The notes: generated by a model not told the origin, from the letters alone. A DNA stretch of 51,761 nt from an uncultured Candidatus Saccharibacteria bacterium (GCA_964621555.1 CAZUOO010000002.1:1-51761); one strand, 5' to 3'; counted from the stretch's first letter, positions 18,599 to 29,214 are shown. Program-made: numbers and translations.

Positions 18599-19840
18599 TT
18601 ATTTGATCTTCTTTAATATCTCGCTCAAAGCTTTCTCAAACTGAGGGTCTTTTCCTGCGAGGAAATCCTCATCAGTTAATTCGAGTAGTATATCTGGTTT
18701 AATTGGGTTCTCCCTATTTAACCACTTGCCATTTGGAAGTAGCCATTTGAGGGTGGTAATGTGCAAACTAGAGCCATTATTTAAAGGTAGGATACTCTGT
18801 GCAGTACCTTTTCCATATGTTTCCTCCCCTATCACCTTCGCTCTATTATTTAATTGTAATGCACCAGAGAGAATCTCAGAAGCAGAAGCACTACCAGAGT
18901 TTACAAGAATAACCACAGGGATAGTTAGAAGTTTCCCTTTTCTAGTAGCCTTGAATTCCTTCACCTTCCCACTCCTATCTTCCTGCTGGGATATTATTTT
19001 CCCCTTTGCAAGAAACTCATTTGCAGCATACACAGATGAATCAAAGAAACCTCCAGGGTTGCCTCTTAAATCGAGAATTATTCCCTTAGCGTTACTCTTT
19101 TCTATTTCTTCAACCGCCTTATCCCAGTTACTATTCCACTCGGCAACTGAAGAATCTGTAAATCTTGAAACCTTGAGTATCTTAACTTTGGAGTTATCAG
19201 TATCCTTCACCTCAATACTTGGAATAGTGATTGCACCTCTCACAATCTCAATATCAGCCGCCTTAAGATCACCTTGGTGTAACACAGTTAAGGTAACCTT
19301 GGTACCTGCCTTCCCCCTTATCTTCTGAACTACGTCATAGATATTATCCGAAGGTTTTACATCCACTCCATCAATTTTGAGTATAATATCCCTTGGTTTA
19401 ATACCAGCAGCCTGAGCAGGAGATCCTTCGATTGGAGAGATGATAATTATCTGTCCATTATCATACCCCAATTCCGCCCCTATACCTTCAAACAGCTTGC
19501 CTTCGTTAGATGAGTTAAAGGAGTCTGTCTCATCTGGATCTAGAAATACTGTAGCAGGGTCATCCAAAGAGTTCACCAAACCTTTTATACTTCCATAGAA
19601 CATTTTCTCAATATCAATACTCTCCTCCGCAACATAGTTATCTACAAGTGTATCCCAAATATTCCAGAAAAGTCCGAAGTCTAGCTTTCCGATATCCTTA
19701 TCTTTTTCTCCGATTATTAGTGATTTATTACCTTTAAGATCACTTCCACCTCCTTCAAATACCCGACCAGAAGAGAAACCTACCACAAAGGTACAGATGA
19801 CCAGGACTATTATTCCGACATTTTTATACGTTCGACTCAT
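18599..19840 (-). CDS. S41 family C-terminal processing peptidase
   Basis: N-terminal TM helix, PDZ domain (GSPAQAAGIKPRDIILKIDG), LDLRGNPGG, NSGSASASEI (Ser), YGKGT (Lys). Confidence 0.9.
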   Translation of the reverse strand: MSRTYKNVGIIVLVICTFVVGFSSGRVFEGGGSDLKGNKSLIIGEKDKDIGKLDFGLFWNIWDTLVDNYVAEESIDIEKMFYGSIKGLVNSLDDPATVFLDPDETDSFNSSNEGKLFEGIGAELGYDNGQIIIISPIEGSPAQAAGIKPRDIILKIDGVDVKPSDNIYDVVQKIRGKAGTKVTLTVLHQGDLKAADIEIVRGAITIPSIEVKDTDNSKVKILKVSRFTDSSVAEWNSNWDKAVEEIEKSNAKGIILDLRGNPGGFFDSSVYAANEFLAKGKIISQQEDRSGKVKEFKATRKGKLLTIPVVILVNSGSASASEILSGALQLNNRAKVIGEETYGKGTAQSILPLNNGSSLHITTLKWLLPNGKWLNRENPIKPDILLELTDEDFLAGKDPQFEKALSEILKKIK

Positions 19841-19901
19841 AATGATATACGACTTATACTAACTTATCTTTCATTATATGAAGTATCGAGAATATGTACA
19901 A

Positions 19902-20951
19902 CTATATATGCAAAGGAAGGAGCAGATCCTCTGGTACAAAGGTTCTTTTACCATCTTCAAGCTCAATGGTTACTGCGTGTTCCTCTTTATTTACATCCAA
20001 AACCCTTGCTACAGACCTATAATTATCGATATCCACTACCCTTACATACATTCCAACTTTAAGGTCTGAAATGAACTGAGCATTGGTATCAATTGGGCTT
20101 TTATTCAAATACTTCCCCTGGTCTGGCCATATAATACGATTCTTTTCCAAATCTACTGATGTAAATGAATCTATCATTGCGCTGAAGATTGCAGAGTATT
20201 CTTTTGGATATGGAATATTTCCGAAGCCTCCCACAATTCCCACAGAGAAATTTAGAGAAGAGAAATCAATATAATCCATAGAGTATACAATCACATACTC
20301 TGCACCCCTACCGTATATCTCCCGAAGCAATTCAGGGTATGCAAACCTACCTGCATAAACAATCTTCCCTCGGTATGATTCCTTAAGATCTTTGTTCACA
20401 TAGATTGAGCTACCATCTCCCACCGTTTCGAATTTACCAATCCTTACATTTTTATATTCATTAGGCTTCTCGTGATAGTTATCTGTGAGCATTGGCATAT
20501 TCCATACCATAGTCTCTATACTCAACCCATTGCTCAAATCCACATCCACCACTCTTCCGTGTGATTGTGAGACATACTCGTCAGACTGATTCTCGCTCAG
20601 GATATCAATACGTCCCTGTTTGATTCTAGAGAGACTAATTATACCCTCGACAGGTGTATACAACCTTTTGAGGGCAAGACCACCTGCAGAAACCCTTTCA
20701 GCAAGTACCTCACCTTGTAATACATACTCACCGTTAAGTCTTACTATGTAATCCATTGACTCCTCAATTTTCACTCCAAGCTCCGAGGGCACATACAGAC
20801 TACTTAGCACCTTTTTACTCGTATTGGTAAATAGAACATCACCTGGTTTAACTACATCACCTTTACGAACCTTTACATCTACCCTACCTTCAAAAGGTAT
20901 TACTAAACGGTAGTTGACTTGTCTGTATACCAATCTAGAGAACTGATGCAT
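19902..20951 (-). CDS. Hypothetical protein with lipoyl/barrel-sandwich-like N-terminal repeats and a KOW/Tudor-like C-terminus
   Basis: 349 aa. Motifs: VKVRKGDVVKPGDVLFT, LQGEVLAERV, PVEGIISL; C-terminal VGMYVRVVDIDNYRSVARVLDV. It overlaps the upstream gene by 17 nt. Confidence 0.65.
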   Translation of the reverse strand: MHQFSRLVYRQVNYRLVIPFEGRVDVKVRKGDVVKPGDVLFTNTSKKVLSSLYVPSELGVKIEESMDYIVRLNGEYVLQGEVLAERVSAGGLALKRLYTPVEGIISLSRIKQGRIDILSENQSDEYVSQSHGRVVDVDLSNGLSIETMVWNMPMLTDNYHEKPNEYKNVRIGKFETVGDGSSIYVNKDLKESYRGKIVYAGRFAYPELLREIYGRGAEYVIVYSMDYIDFSSLNFSVGIVGGFGNIPYPKEYSAIFSAMIDSFTSVDLEKNRIIWPDQGKYLNKSPIDTNAQFISDLKVGMYVRVVDIDNYRSVARVLDVNKEEHAVTIELEDGKRTFVPEDLLLPLHI

Positions 20952-22296
20952 TTATCCACCCACTAATTTTAATATTGTTATTCTTCGGTTCAGGTCCATA
21001 GACAATTGGTCTATACCTGCTATCAATTATTACGCTATTGTACTTTTTCTTCCCAACTATCAATCCATATTTAAACTCAGAATATATACTACTGCTTTTG
21101 ATAAACTCTCCAGAGATTTCCTGTATATCAACGTCCCTATCTACCATAATCTGACTAATTTCATTGGATAATGCATATACATCCCTGTTATCTCCGTTTA
21201 CATTCTGAATATTAGCTGTAAATATAACCCTTTTGGTTCCACCTTCAACCGCAACATCGGGTACCAATATCTGATCAAGTCTATCTACAAAGTCTGTAAA
21301 TTCAGCAAAGAAACCGGATTTGGCTATGCCAGTTGCGTACGCCTTTCCAAGAGATAGTATGGAATTATTATAGTCAATTCCTAGGTCTATACAGTTATTT
21401 ATTTCAAGTCCATCTATCACAGAAAGAAGTATATCTTTATACTCAAGCTGACGAGGTACACTTCCTGTAATTAGAAGTAGCGTGGAGTACTTCATCTCTC
21501 CCACTCCATCAAACACCCCTTTGTTATCATTTCTAATAGTTAGGTTTTGAAGAGTTGAGAAAGATCGAAGTATATCTTTAACAATCTTAGAACCTGTAGC
21601 TTTACGCTCACCAAGTACGTAGTTAGCCCACATATTACTCAGTCTGCTTGATGTAGTTTCATATTGCAAAAACGCCTTTGATTTAGGAGTTAATACAGAA
21701 TCAATCAATCTCCACTCATTACCAAGCTGCACTTTCCCATGATTGAACTTATATCCTGTGCTCAACGGTTGGCTCAATGAATTCCTCTGCTTATCCCTCT
21801 TTAATCGATATAGAAAGGTGTCTTCAAGCCCCATATCTAATAGTAATACGTCTTCATATCCCAACTTATTTGCCACACCAAGTAATAGGTCTTGAATATA
21901 TGAATTATCCATTGTGATGATTGTAATATCTTTGGAGACCTCTCTAATCACTTCAAGCAATCTCCTACCGTCATGGTGCCTAGAATCCACATATACATTT
22001 ATAGAATCAAGCCCAAATCCCTCATTGGTAAAGGGCATAACTTGATCAGACGAGTTCCTAAAGAATTGCCAATCCCACTGTTTTTCGACCGCAGAAATAT
22101 AATCCTTAAGAAATTCTGATGTTAACAACGAAGGTACGGGAGAAAGAATGTCAGACAATACATAGTGCCTACCAATATCATAGTCGGTATAAGCAAGCTT
22201 AGTCACAATTCGATTATGACTAAGCTCAATGAGTAAGTTTGCAGATTTTTCTAGATTAGGCAGTTTTAGCACAACATTAGTAGTATATATGTACAA
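20935..22296 (-). CDS. Hypothetical protein, possibly an actin-like (ASKHA) fold
   Basis: 453 aa with a TTG start. VLLLDMGLEDTFLYRL and LLLITGSVPRQL weakly resemble the ASKHA phosphate and adenosine motifs. No confident family assignment. Confidence 0.6.
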   Translation of the reverse strand: MYIYTTNVVLKLPNLEKSANLLIELSHNRIVTKLAYTDYDIGRHYVLSDILSPVPSLLTSEFLKDYISAVEKQWDWQFFRNSSDQVMPFTNEGFGLDSINVYVDSRHHDGRRLLEVIREVSKDITIITMDNSYIQDLLLGVANKLGYEDVLLLDMGLEDTFLYRLKRDKQRNSLSQPLSTGYKFNHGKVQLGNEWRLIDSVLTPKSKAFLQYETTSSRLSNMWANYVLGERKATGSKIVKDILRSFSTLQNLTIRNDNKGVFDGVGEMKYSTLLLITGSVPRQLEYKDILLSVIDGLEINNCIDLGIDYNNSILSLGKAYATGIAKSGFFAEFTDFVDRLDQILVPDVAVEGGTKRVIFTANIQNVNGDNRDVYALSNEISQIMVDRDVDIQEISGEFIKSSSIYSEFKYGLIVGKKKYNSVIIDSRYRPIVYGPEPKNNNIKISGWINASVL

Positions 22297-22346
22297 TACT
22301 ACATTAATTTACAGTATATTGATTATCTTTTCAATTGAAGATCTCT

Positions 22347-22700
22347 TTACTCTGCTGCTACGTATGGAAGAAGAGCCATAAACCTTGCTCTCTTAGCTGA
22401 GGTTGTAAGCTGTCTTTGATGTGCACTACATACACCAGACTTTTCAGTAGCAATAATCTTACCTCTTACTGAAGTAAACTTCTTAAGCTGGTAAACATCT
22501 TTATAAGACACTGTTTTAACACCTGACTCACAAAGAGGACACTTTAAGTTCAAGATTACTCTTCTCTTTCTCTTCTGCTTCTTCTTTCCGAATGGAGAAT
22601 GTGACTCCTCTTCTTCAGCAGCAGCTGGTTTTACATCTAATACCTCATCTAAAGAAGGTACAACTACTTTTTCTTCTATTTTTTTAGCTAACTCTGCCAT
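22347..22700 (-). CDS. rpsR: 30S ribosomal protein S18 with an N-terminal extension
   Basis: SYKDVYQLKKFTSVRGKI...CSAHQRQLTTSAKRARFMALLPY is the S18 core. About 40 extra acidic/basic residues lie at the N-terminus. Confidence 0.9.
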   Translation of the reverse strand: MAELAKKIEEKVVVPSLDEVLDVKPAAAEEEESHSPFGKKKQKRKRRVILNLKCPLCESGVKTVSYKDVYQLKKFTSVRGKIIATEKSGVCSAHQRQLTTSAKRARFMALLPYVAAE

Positions 22701-22722
22701 AATCGTTTATTTTCTAATCATA

Positions 22723-23211
22723 TTAAAATGGTAAATCGGCCAATGGATCCTCATCTGCCTTATCATCGTCTGATGTCTTGTCATCTGAAACAGCTGGAGA
22801 GCTCTTAGGAGAAACTCCATCACTATCCATACCTTCAGAAGTAGATACTCCATCAGTTCCGATTCCTTTCCTACCTTTATCATCTAGAAGAATCATATCT
22901 TCAACTCTAATTTCTGTTTTATACTTTGTACCACCGCTCTCATCTTGCCAAGACCTAGTATTGAGTGAACCTTGTACATAAACTTTCATTCCTTTTGCAA
23001 GAAGCTGATTACAAATCTCAGCCATCTTGTTCCATGCAACTACATTATGGAATTCAGTAGACTCTTCAACAGCACCTTCCTGGTTCTTCCATGTTTTGTT
23101 AGTAGCAATACCAAACGTTACAACTGGTGTACCATTTCCTGTATATCTTAACTCTGGATCTCTTGTTAAATTTCCAATGAGTTGGACTAAGTTTAATGAT
23201 CTTGCAGACAT
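22723..23211 (-). CDS. ssb: Single-stranded DNA-binding protein
   Basis: OB fold LNLVQLIGNLTRDPELRYT, acidic tail ending DLPF. Located between rpsF and rpsR. Confidence 0.95.
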   Translation of the reverse strand: MSARSLNLVQLIGNLTRDPELRYTGNGTPVVTFGIATNKTWKNQEGAVEESTEFHNVVAWNKMAEICNQLLAKGMKVYVQGSLNTRSWQDESGGTKYKTEIRVEDMILLDDKGRKGIGTDGVSTSEGMDSDGVSPKSSPAVSDDKTSDDDKADEDPLADLPF

Positions 23212-23274
23212 TTTGTAAAAATAATAATTTAAGTTATATACAATTATACTCCCTAAAGATGAATTCGAAATGAA

Positions 23275-23634
23275 CTACACTTCTACTTCCAACTCTTTCT
23301 TTTTAATACCCTTTCCAACTAGCTCTGGATGCTCAACATTGGTAATCATAAATCTCAATATTTCACTCTTCAATCCTAATTTTCTTTTCAATTCTCCAAC
23401 AGCATCTGCTGCCATATGGAAGTTATAGACAATGTAATATCCTTCATCATGACCACTAATTTTGTAAGCAAGATATCTCTTTCCCCAAACATCTACATCT
23501 GTAACATTACCCTGAGCAGCTTTAATGAAATCACTCATCTCTTTGTGCAATGCTTTTCTAACGTCATCAGGTAGCAATGGTTTAAGTGCAACCATCATCT
23601 CATAATGCTTCATATTTGTATCTTTCTTAGCCAT
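23275..23634 (-). CDS. rpsF: 30S ribosomal protein S6
   Basis: The MKHYEMMVALKP core is present; the start may be the internal ATG at 23613. The gene is in the rpsF-ssb-rpsR arrangement. Confidence 0.9.
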   Translation of the reverse strand: MAKKDTNMKHYEMMVALKPLLPDDVRKALHKEMSDFIKAAQGNVTDVDVWGKRYLAYKISGHDEGYYIVYNFHMAADAVGELKRKLGLKSEILRFMITNVEHPELVGKGIKKKELEVEV

Positions 23635-23749
23635 TCTTGTCTATTTACTTATATATTAATGCTTTCAAACGCATTGGGATTGTATCAGAAAACGATTAGT
23701 TATGGAAGATACATTATAAAGAATAACCGGAGTTTCTCAAATGCCCTAT

Positions 23750-24868
23750 TTAGTTAGAGAAAACTATCATGTAATCGCCATCCTGTACTACATACTCTTT
23801 ACCTACATTCTTAACTATACCAACCTCTTTCGCCTTTACCCAACCCCCAACTTCTAACATTTTATCAACATTTACTACCTCTGCGGTGATAAAGCCTTTT
23901 GAGAGGTCAGTATGAATTACACCTGCAGCTTCTTTAGCACTTGCTCCTGCCTCAATAGTCCATGCGTTTACCTCTTTCTCACTACCTGTATAGAAAGTAA
24001 TCAAATTCAACCTTTTGTATGCCGTAGTGATAATATCTTCTATCAAAACAGGCTTAGAATCTAGCATACTCATATACTCTTCCCTCTCTTCCACTCCCAT
24101 ATCAGATAGTTCTCCAATCATCTTCACATCTCCCTCAATGACATAATTTTTATCAGAAGCAGGAAGTGACTCTAAAAAGTCTTCCATCCAAACCTCACGG
24201 TCTCCACTATCCATACCCTCACGAATATTTAAGAGATACATCCCCTGCTTATTACTTAACAACCATAAATCATTCATATATGCCTTCTCATCATCACTCA
24301 TTTGCATATTTACAATCATCTTTCCCTCCCCCATCCATTCCATAGCTCTCTCCAAAACGCCAATGGATAGGCTAAGCTCAGGAGTTAATCCCGACCTTGA
24401 ATTCTTTTTAAGCTCTCCTAGTTTCTTCTCAACAGTTTCAATATCCTTCAAAATCAACTCGGATTGTACAATTGCTAGATCCTCTTTAGGATTAACTCTG
24501 TTATATACATGAACAATATTCTCGCTCTTAAATGCTCTAATCACATATAGAATAACATCAACTTCTCGAATATGAGATAGGAACTGATTACCCAACCCCT
24601 CCCCTTTTGACGCCCCTTTTACCAATCCCGCAATATCAACAAATGTAATAGCAGAGGAGACTTTCTTCTTTGCTTCAAAAAAAGTATTCAAACTCTCCAA
24701 CCTATTATCAGGTACCACCACTACCCCCACGTTCTTATCTATAGTTGTAAATGGAAAGTTCTCTGCAGGCACCAAGTTCTTGGTGAGAGAATTGAATAGA
24801 GATGACTTACCCGCGTTAGGCAAACCAACGATACCAATAGAAAGTGAATGTGACCTAACAACTGACAT
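23750..24868 (-). CDS. ychF: Ribosome-binding ATPase YchF
   Basis: G1 motif GIVGLPNAGKSSLFN, DIAGLVKGAS, and a C-terminal TGS-like domain (RLNLITFYT...WTI). Confidence 0.9.
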   Translation of the reverse strand: MSVVRSHSLSIGIVGLPNAGKSSLFNSLTKNLVPAENFPFTTIDKNVGVVVVPDNRLESLNTFFEAKKKVSSAITFVDIAGLVKGASKGEGLGNQFLSHIREVDVILYVIRAFKSENIVHVYNRVNPKEDLAIVQSELILKDIETVEKKLGELKKNSRSGLTPELSLSIGVLERAMEWMGEGKMIVNMQMSDDEKAYMNDLWLLSNKQGMYLLNIREGMDSGDREVWMEDFLESLPASDKNYVIEGDVKMIGELSDMGVEEREEYMSMLDSKPVLIEDIITTAYKRLNLITFYTGSEKEVNAWTIEAGASAKEAAGVIHTDLSKGFITAEVVNVDKMLEVGGWVKAKEVGIVKNVGKEYVVQDGDYMIVFSN

Positions 24869-24913
24869 ATATTTATGTATAATGTAATCTAATGAGTATA
24901 ATTATACATTAGA

Positions 24914-26761
24914 ATGAAGATTATTAAAGCCATTATCCTAACAATCGCGCTTCTGTTGAATGGGATATACATTCCCACCCCTGCTTTGGCAGCAAACGAA
25001 GACTTCGTTATTTCCAGCGATATAATAATGAAATATGAATACCCTAACGAGTATGTGGAGATATCTGAAACGTACACCATAAACATCAACAATAACGACT
25101 ACTTCTACAGATCTGGAATACAACAAAGCTTTTTCATGCCAGACTTCAAAAGCCCCAGAGATACTACAGCAGAGAGAAAGTTCAAGCAGGACTCTATCAA
25201 ACTCACAGACAGTAATAACTTGGATCTGATATACACGATCGAGCAAGAGGATGATGGAATGTCCCTAACTACCAATACCACATCAGTTATAAATAGTAAC
25301 AATAGTTATTACATGACTCTCACATATAGAACCCACGACCTTGTAAGTGTAAATGGTAATATTTCAAACGTATATATTCCTGGATTGCCGCAAAACACCA
25401 AATTCTCAGAACAGGAAGGAAAATTTGGACTCTCAATCAAGTACAACTACTCTGCAACTCTCTTTACCAACCTAAACTCCCCTGAAATATCCCACCTACA
25501 GCCCAAAAACATAAAGGTAGAGAAAACAGACAAGGCTATTAAATACACAATCCCCACCGAGGAAAGAATTGGAAAAAACTCATGGATACAACTTGGAACC
25601 AACCAATACTACTATTTCAGAATTGAACAGGAAGCAAAGAAAACCGACAATTTAACACCAGCAATTGTCACAGATATAACCGATATCGCATCTTCAAACA
25701 TATATAGAATTGCACTACCTAGGGAATATGAGGAGACGGATCAGAAAACACTAATCAAATCCATTACACCCGAACCATACAAAGTGGAAAGAGACGAAGA
25801 AGGTAATATTTTTGCACTATTCAAAATGCCTGCCAATGCGAATAAAACAATCACGATTGAGGGGTATATTACACAATACAAACCCTCTATATCAGATCAG
25901 AAAGCTATTCCTCAAACTCCGATAACAGAATATCTTAATTCCATAAACTCCGACTCAAGGTTAAATAAATATATACAACCAGACAAATATTGGGAGACTA
26001 ATGACCCAACAATTAAGAAGATTGCCTCCGAGCTATATTCAGACTCCCTCACTATCGATCAGTTAATCAGAAAGAACTACCAATATATAGTAGATAACTT
26101 CAACTATAGCTATGAAAAACTAGGCAGCGAGAATAAACGACTTGGAGCAAAGGCCGCCCTGACGGGAGCACCAACAATATGTATGGAATATTCAGATGCC
26201 CTCACTGCAATACTACGTGCACAGGGAATACCGGCGAGAATTGCAATTGGATATGGAAATGACCCAACAGGTGCAGAAAATAAAATATCGAACACCACTC
26301 CAGTTCAACAAAAAATAGCTCACCAATGGACCCAAGTATGGATTCCAAATTTCGGTTGGCTTTCGGTAGACCCAACGTGGGGAGAATCAAACCGAGAGTA
26401 CATAGGAAGTGACCTTGACCATATACTTTGGTATGCGGTTGGATCATTTGACGAGAGTATAGCTGAAACCACTGTTTATACAGCAGACAGTATCAATAGT
26501 AATGGGATTGGAGACTACAGAATTTACCTACAGGCGCTAGATAAGAATAGCTATGAAAGTGTTGAAGGGATTGAAGAAGCCTCCCACCTCGTAGATAAGT
26601 ATAAGGATGTAAATACATTCAATGTAGATTTCACATTAAGAACCAGTATGTTAGGGAGAATGCTTGTATATATTGTACCTGCAATTACCGTATTTACACT
26701 AGTACTATTATCAACCTTGTTGATAAAGATGATGCTTAAGAGATTTCAACGATCGTCTTAA
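24914..26761 (+). CDS. Transglutaminase-like cysteine protease-fold protein, membrane-tethered at both ends
   Basis: Signal/anchor at the N-terminus. Core triad context: CMEYSDALTAILRAQGIPARIAIGY (Cys), HQWTQVW (His), SVDPTWG (Asp). C-terminal TM helix. Confidence 0.8.
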   Translation: MKIIKAIILTIALLLNGIYIPTPALAANEDFVISSDIIMKYEYPNEYVEISETYTININNNDYFYRSGIQQSFFMPDFKSPRDTTAERKFKQDSIKLTDSNNLDLIYTIEQEDDGMSLTTNTTSVINSNNSYYMTLTYRTHDLVSVNGNISNVYIPGLPQNTKFSEQEGKFGLSIKYNYSATLFTNLNSPEISHLQPKNIKVEKTDKAIKYTIPTEERIGKNSWIQLGTNQYYYFRIEQEAKKTDNLTPAIVTDITDIASSNIYRIALPREYEETDQKTLIKSITPEPYKVERDEEGNIFALFKMPANANKTITIEGYITQYKPSISDQKAIPQTPITEYLNSINSDSRLNKYIQPDKYWETNDPTIKKIASELYSDSLTIDQLIRKNYQYIVDNFNYSYEKLGSENKRLGAKAALTGAPTICMEYSDALTAILRAQGIPARIAIGYGNDPTGAENKISNTTPVQQKIAHQWTQVWIPNFGWLSVDPTWGESNREYIGSDLDHILWYAVGSFDESIAETTVYTADSINSNGIGDYRIYLQALDKNSYESVEGIEEASHLVDKYKDVNTFNVDFTLRTSMLGRMLVYIVPAITVFTLVLLSTLLIKMMLKRFQRSS

Positions 26762-28238
26762 GATCTAACACAGATAATGCATTATCAATTCTAGACTGTG
26801 AAGATGTGTAAAGGGTGATTAATGTATCTCCCTTCTTCACTTTATCTCCTGCCACCTTATGTACATAAATTCCTGCCTCCTTCACAATTGGAGTACCAAG
26901 ATACTTTGTAACTTTCCTCACATCCCTATTATTCCATCTTTTAATAGTACCCTCTTGATCTGAAACTACATCATACTTAAACTCACCTAGTTTGATTTCT
27001 GCAAGTGCCAATTCTTTGGTAGCACCTTGAGCAAAGGCAATCTCCCAAAACTTCTTCTTTGCCTCACCACTTGTTAAGAATTTTAGAGCCATCTCTTTCC
27101 CCTCTCCTTTTTTAGCAACCTCACACAATTCAAATAGTTGGCCTGCCATATCAACAATTGTTTCCTCCAAATCCTTAGCACGATCCTCAGCTTGATTGAG
27201 CAACTTCAAAACTTCAATCATTTCTAAATTAGGACCAATCCCATTACCATCTAGATTCTTAATATCTCTAACGTAATACACGGCCTTTATACCCACCGCC
27301 TTAAACAGCTTATCAAAACCTTTACGTATCATCTCCACATCCTCTATATTCTGAACCTTTGTACCCTTTCCATGAGGGATATCTATAATCACATGAGTAA
27401 TACCCATTGCAATCTTTTTAGCCACAATGCTCACAAGAAGCTTTTGATATGACTCAAGATGAATAACCCTTTCCACATGAATCAGAACATCGTCTGCAGG
27501 TGCTAAATCAAGCGCCCCACCCCATACCATACACGCCCCCGCCTTACGTACCGTCTCCATAATCTCCTCGCTGTCTAAACTAACAGGCATAGCAACTTCA
27601 AGAATATCGGACGTACCTGCAGGAGTAGTAATGGCTCGTGTAGATGTATTCGGAACAATCAATCCTCCGCATGCAAGAATTGGAACTATAACTGGGGTAA
27701 TAGCCTTACCTGCCACCCCACCAATCGAGTGTTTATCCGCTACAATCCCACCTTTTCCTAAATCTGTGAAAGAAAGTTTAAGACCGGACTCTGCCATACC
27801 AATTGTCATTGCCAATACCTCCTCATCATCGAAACCTGGATTAAAGAAAGTACTCATGAAATATGCCACCTCAATCATCCCCAACTTACGAGACCCCATA
27901 TCTTTAGTAATAGAAAGCAGCTGCTCTTTTGTAAGCTTGTTCCCCAACATCTTCTTTTTAATATACTCAATAGACTCAGAAGGAGTTATCAACTGCACCA
28001 TAGCCATAACATCATTAACAATCTCAAACTTCATCCAAATATCTCTATATATACCAACCTGTCCGATCTCAATCGCAGTATCTGTAACACTTGCCCGCAC
28101 GTTGAGCGAAATATCACCCATTCCGAGCTCGACCAAATCACCATCGTAAATACCCTCTTTAATTGCATCTACCGAGTTGAGCATAATATAGAACTCATCC
28201 CCGTTATCAATATCAATTTTGTTAATCCTCAAGTACAT
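26736..28238 (-). CDS. deoA: AMP phosphorylase (archaeal-type thymidine phosphorylase family)
   Basis: 500 aa with an extra N-terminal domain. KHSIGGVAGK and STRAITTPAGTSDILE match family motifs. Adjacent to an R15P-isomerase-like gene. Confidence 0.75.
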   Translation of the reverse strand: MYLRINKIDIDNGDEFYIMLNSVDAIKEGIYDGDLVELGMGDISLNVRASVTDTAIEIGQVGIYRDIWMKFEIVNDVMAMVQLITPSESIEYIKKKMLGNKLTKEQLLSITKDMGSRKLGMIEVAYFMSTFFNPGFDDEEVLAMTIGMAESGLKLSFTDLGKGGIVADKHSIGGVAGKAITPVIVPILACGGLIVPNTSTRAITTPAGTSDILEVAMPVSLDSEEIMETVRKAGACMVWGGALDLAPADDVLIHVERVIHLESYQKLLVSIVAKKIAMGITHVIIDIPHGKGTKVQNIEDVEMIRKGFDKLFKAVGIKAVYYVRDIKNLDGNGIGPNLEMIEVLKLLNQAEDRAKDLEETIVDMAGQLFELCEVAKKGEGKEMALKFLTSGEAKKKFWEIAFAQGATKELALAEIKLGEFKYDVVSDQEGTIKRWNNRDVRKVTKYLGTPIVKEAGIYVHKVAGDKVKKGDTLITLYTSSQSRIDNALSVLDLKTIVEIS

Positions 28239-28255
28239 TATATTCGTATACTAAA

Positions 28256-29209
28256 CTAAAATACCCACTCGTAGTTTTCACGAAGTGTTTTAACCACATC
28301 CTCTGCTTTAACAAGACCGAATTCAGTTAAATATCCCGTAACAAACTCCTTGTTAATAAAGTCAAAGGCAGGATTAAAAAGCTTCAACCCAGCTGGCGCC
28401 TCTGGCCATAATTCATCTGCCTCACGTACTTCAATTTTAACTGCCTGATATGCACTTGCAGGATTCACTTTCAAAAGAGGGGTAACAACATACACAGGTA
28501 TATTTGCATAGTATGCAGCTAACCCTATCCCCCAACTTCCCACCTTGTTTACAAAATCCCCATGGATCGTAATCTCATCGGCTCCTACAAAAACCGCCTC
28601 AATTGGAATTCCTGATCTACCGATAATATATGTTTCAGCTGCACTATCTGCAATCATCGTAGTATCTAAACCCTTCTCCAATAGATTAGCTGCAGTTATC
28701 CTCCCTTGAAATAATGGTCGGGTTTCGGTACACACAACTTTAAACCCATCCTTCCCTTTTGAGATTTCATATATAAGTCGCTCTGCAGTTGAGGAATGAC
28801 AATGCGTAAATGCATATTGAGTATCTTTAAACATACCCAAAGACTTATTCACAATACTCTCCTTAGTTTCTTTAATCATATTCAAGTATTCATCACACAA
28901 TGCAAGCAGCGTTTGCCTAATTTCGTTTGAATCGGTGGGAGATCTATACTTAACTATAAAGTGATAGTTAATATACTTAAGACCATTTTGCGCCAAAGGT
29001 TCATTCTGTCTCGCATATGCCAACCTACTTCCCACGCTCATTGCTTTCTCGAAAACATCACTATCAAGATTCGAACCTATATTTTGTAGGTAGATTTTAA
29101 TACCCTCGAAGGTTGCAATAGCTACATTGGTAGCCCCCTGTATTTTTACAGACTTAATATCTTTATATACATCCTCAATATTGTTGTACTGAAACTTGCT
29201 TTGACTCAT
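28256..29209 (-). CDS. Ribose-1,5-bisphosphate isomerase (eIF-2B alpha/beta/delta-like family)
   Basis: 317 aa. VCTETRPLFQGR and VFVGADEITIHGDFVNKVGSWGIGLAAYYANIPVYVV are typical IF-2B-family segments. Paired with the AMP phosphorylase gene. Confidence 0.75.
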   Translation of the reverse strand: MSQSKFQYNNIEDVYKDIKSVKIQGATNVAIATFEGIKIYLQNIGSNLDSDVFEKAMSVGSRLAYARQNEPLAQNGLKYINYHFIVKYRSPTDSNEIRQTLLALCDEYLNMIKETKESIVNKSLGMFKDTQYAFTHCHSSTAERLIYEISKGKDGFKVVCTETRPLFQGRITAANLLEKGLDTTMIADSAAETYIIGRSGIPIEAVFVGADEITIHGDFVNKVGSWGIGLAAYYANIPVYVVTPLLKVNPASAYQAVKIEVREADELWPEAPAGLKLFNPAFDFINKEFVTGYLTEFGLVKAEDVVKTLRENYEWVF

Positions 29210-29214
29210 CTCCC

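Noticed and set aside
26736-29209. A complete AMP-to-3PGA salvage operon including RuBisCO
   Set aside because: No RuBisCO large-subunit-like ORF is present anywhere in the window. Only the first two enzymes are here.
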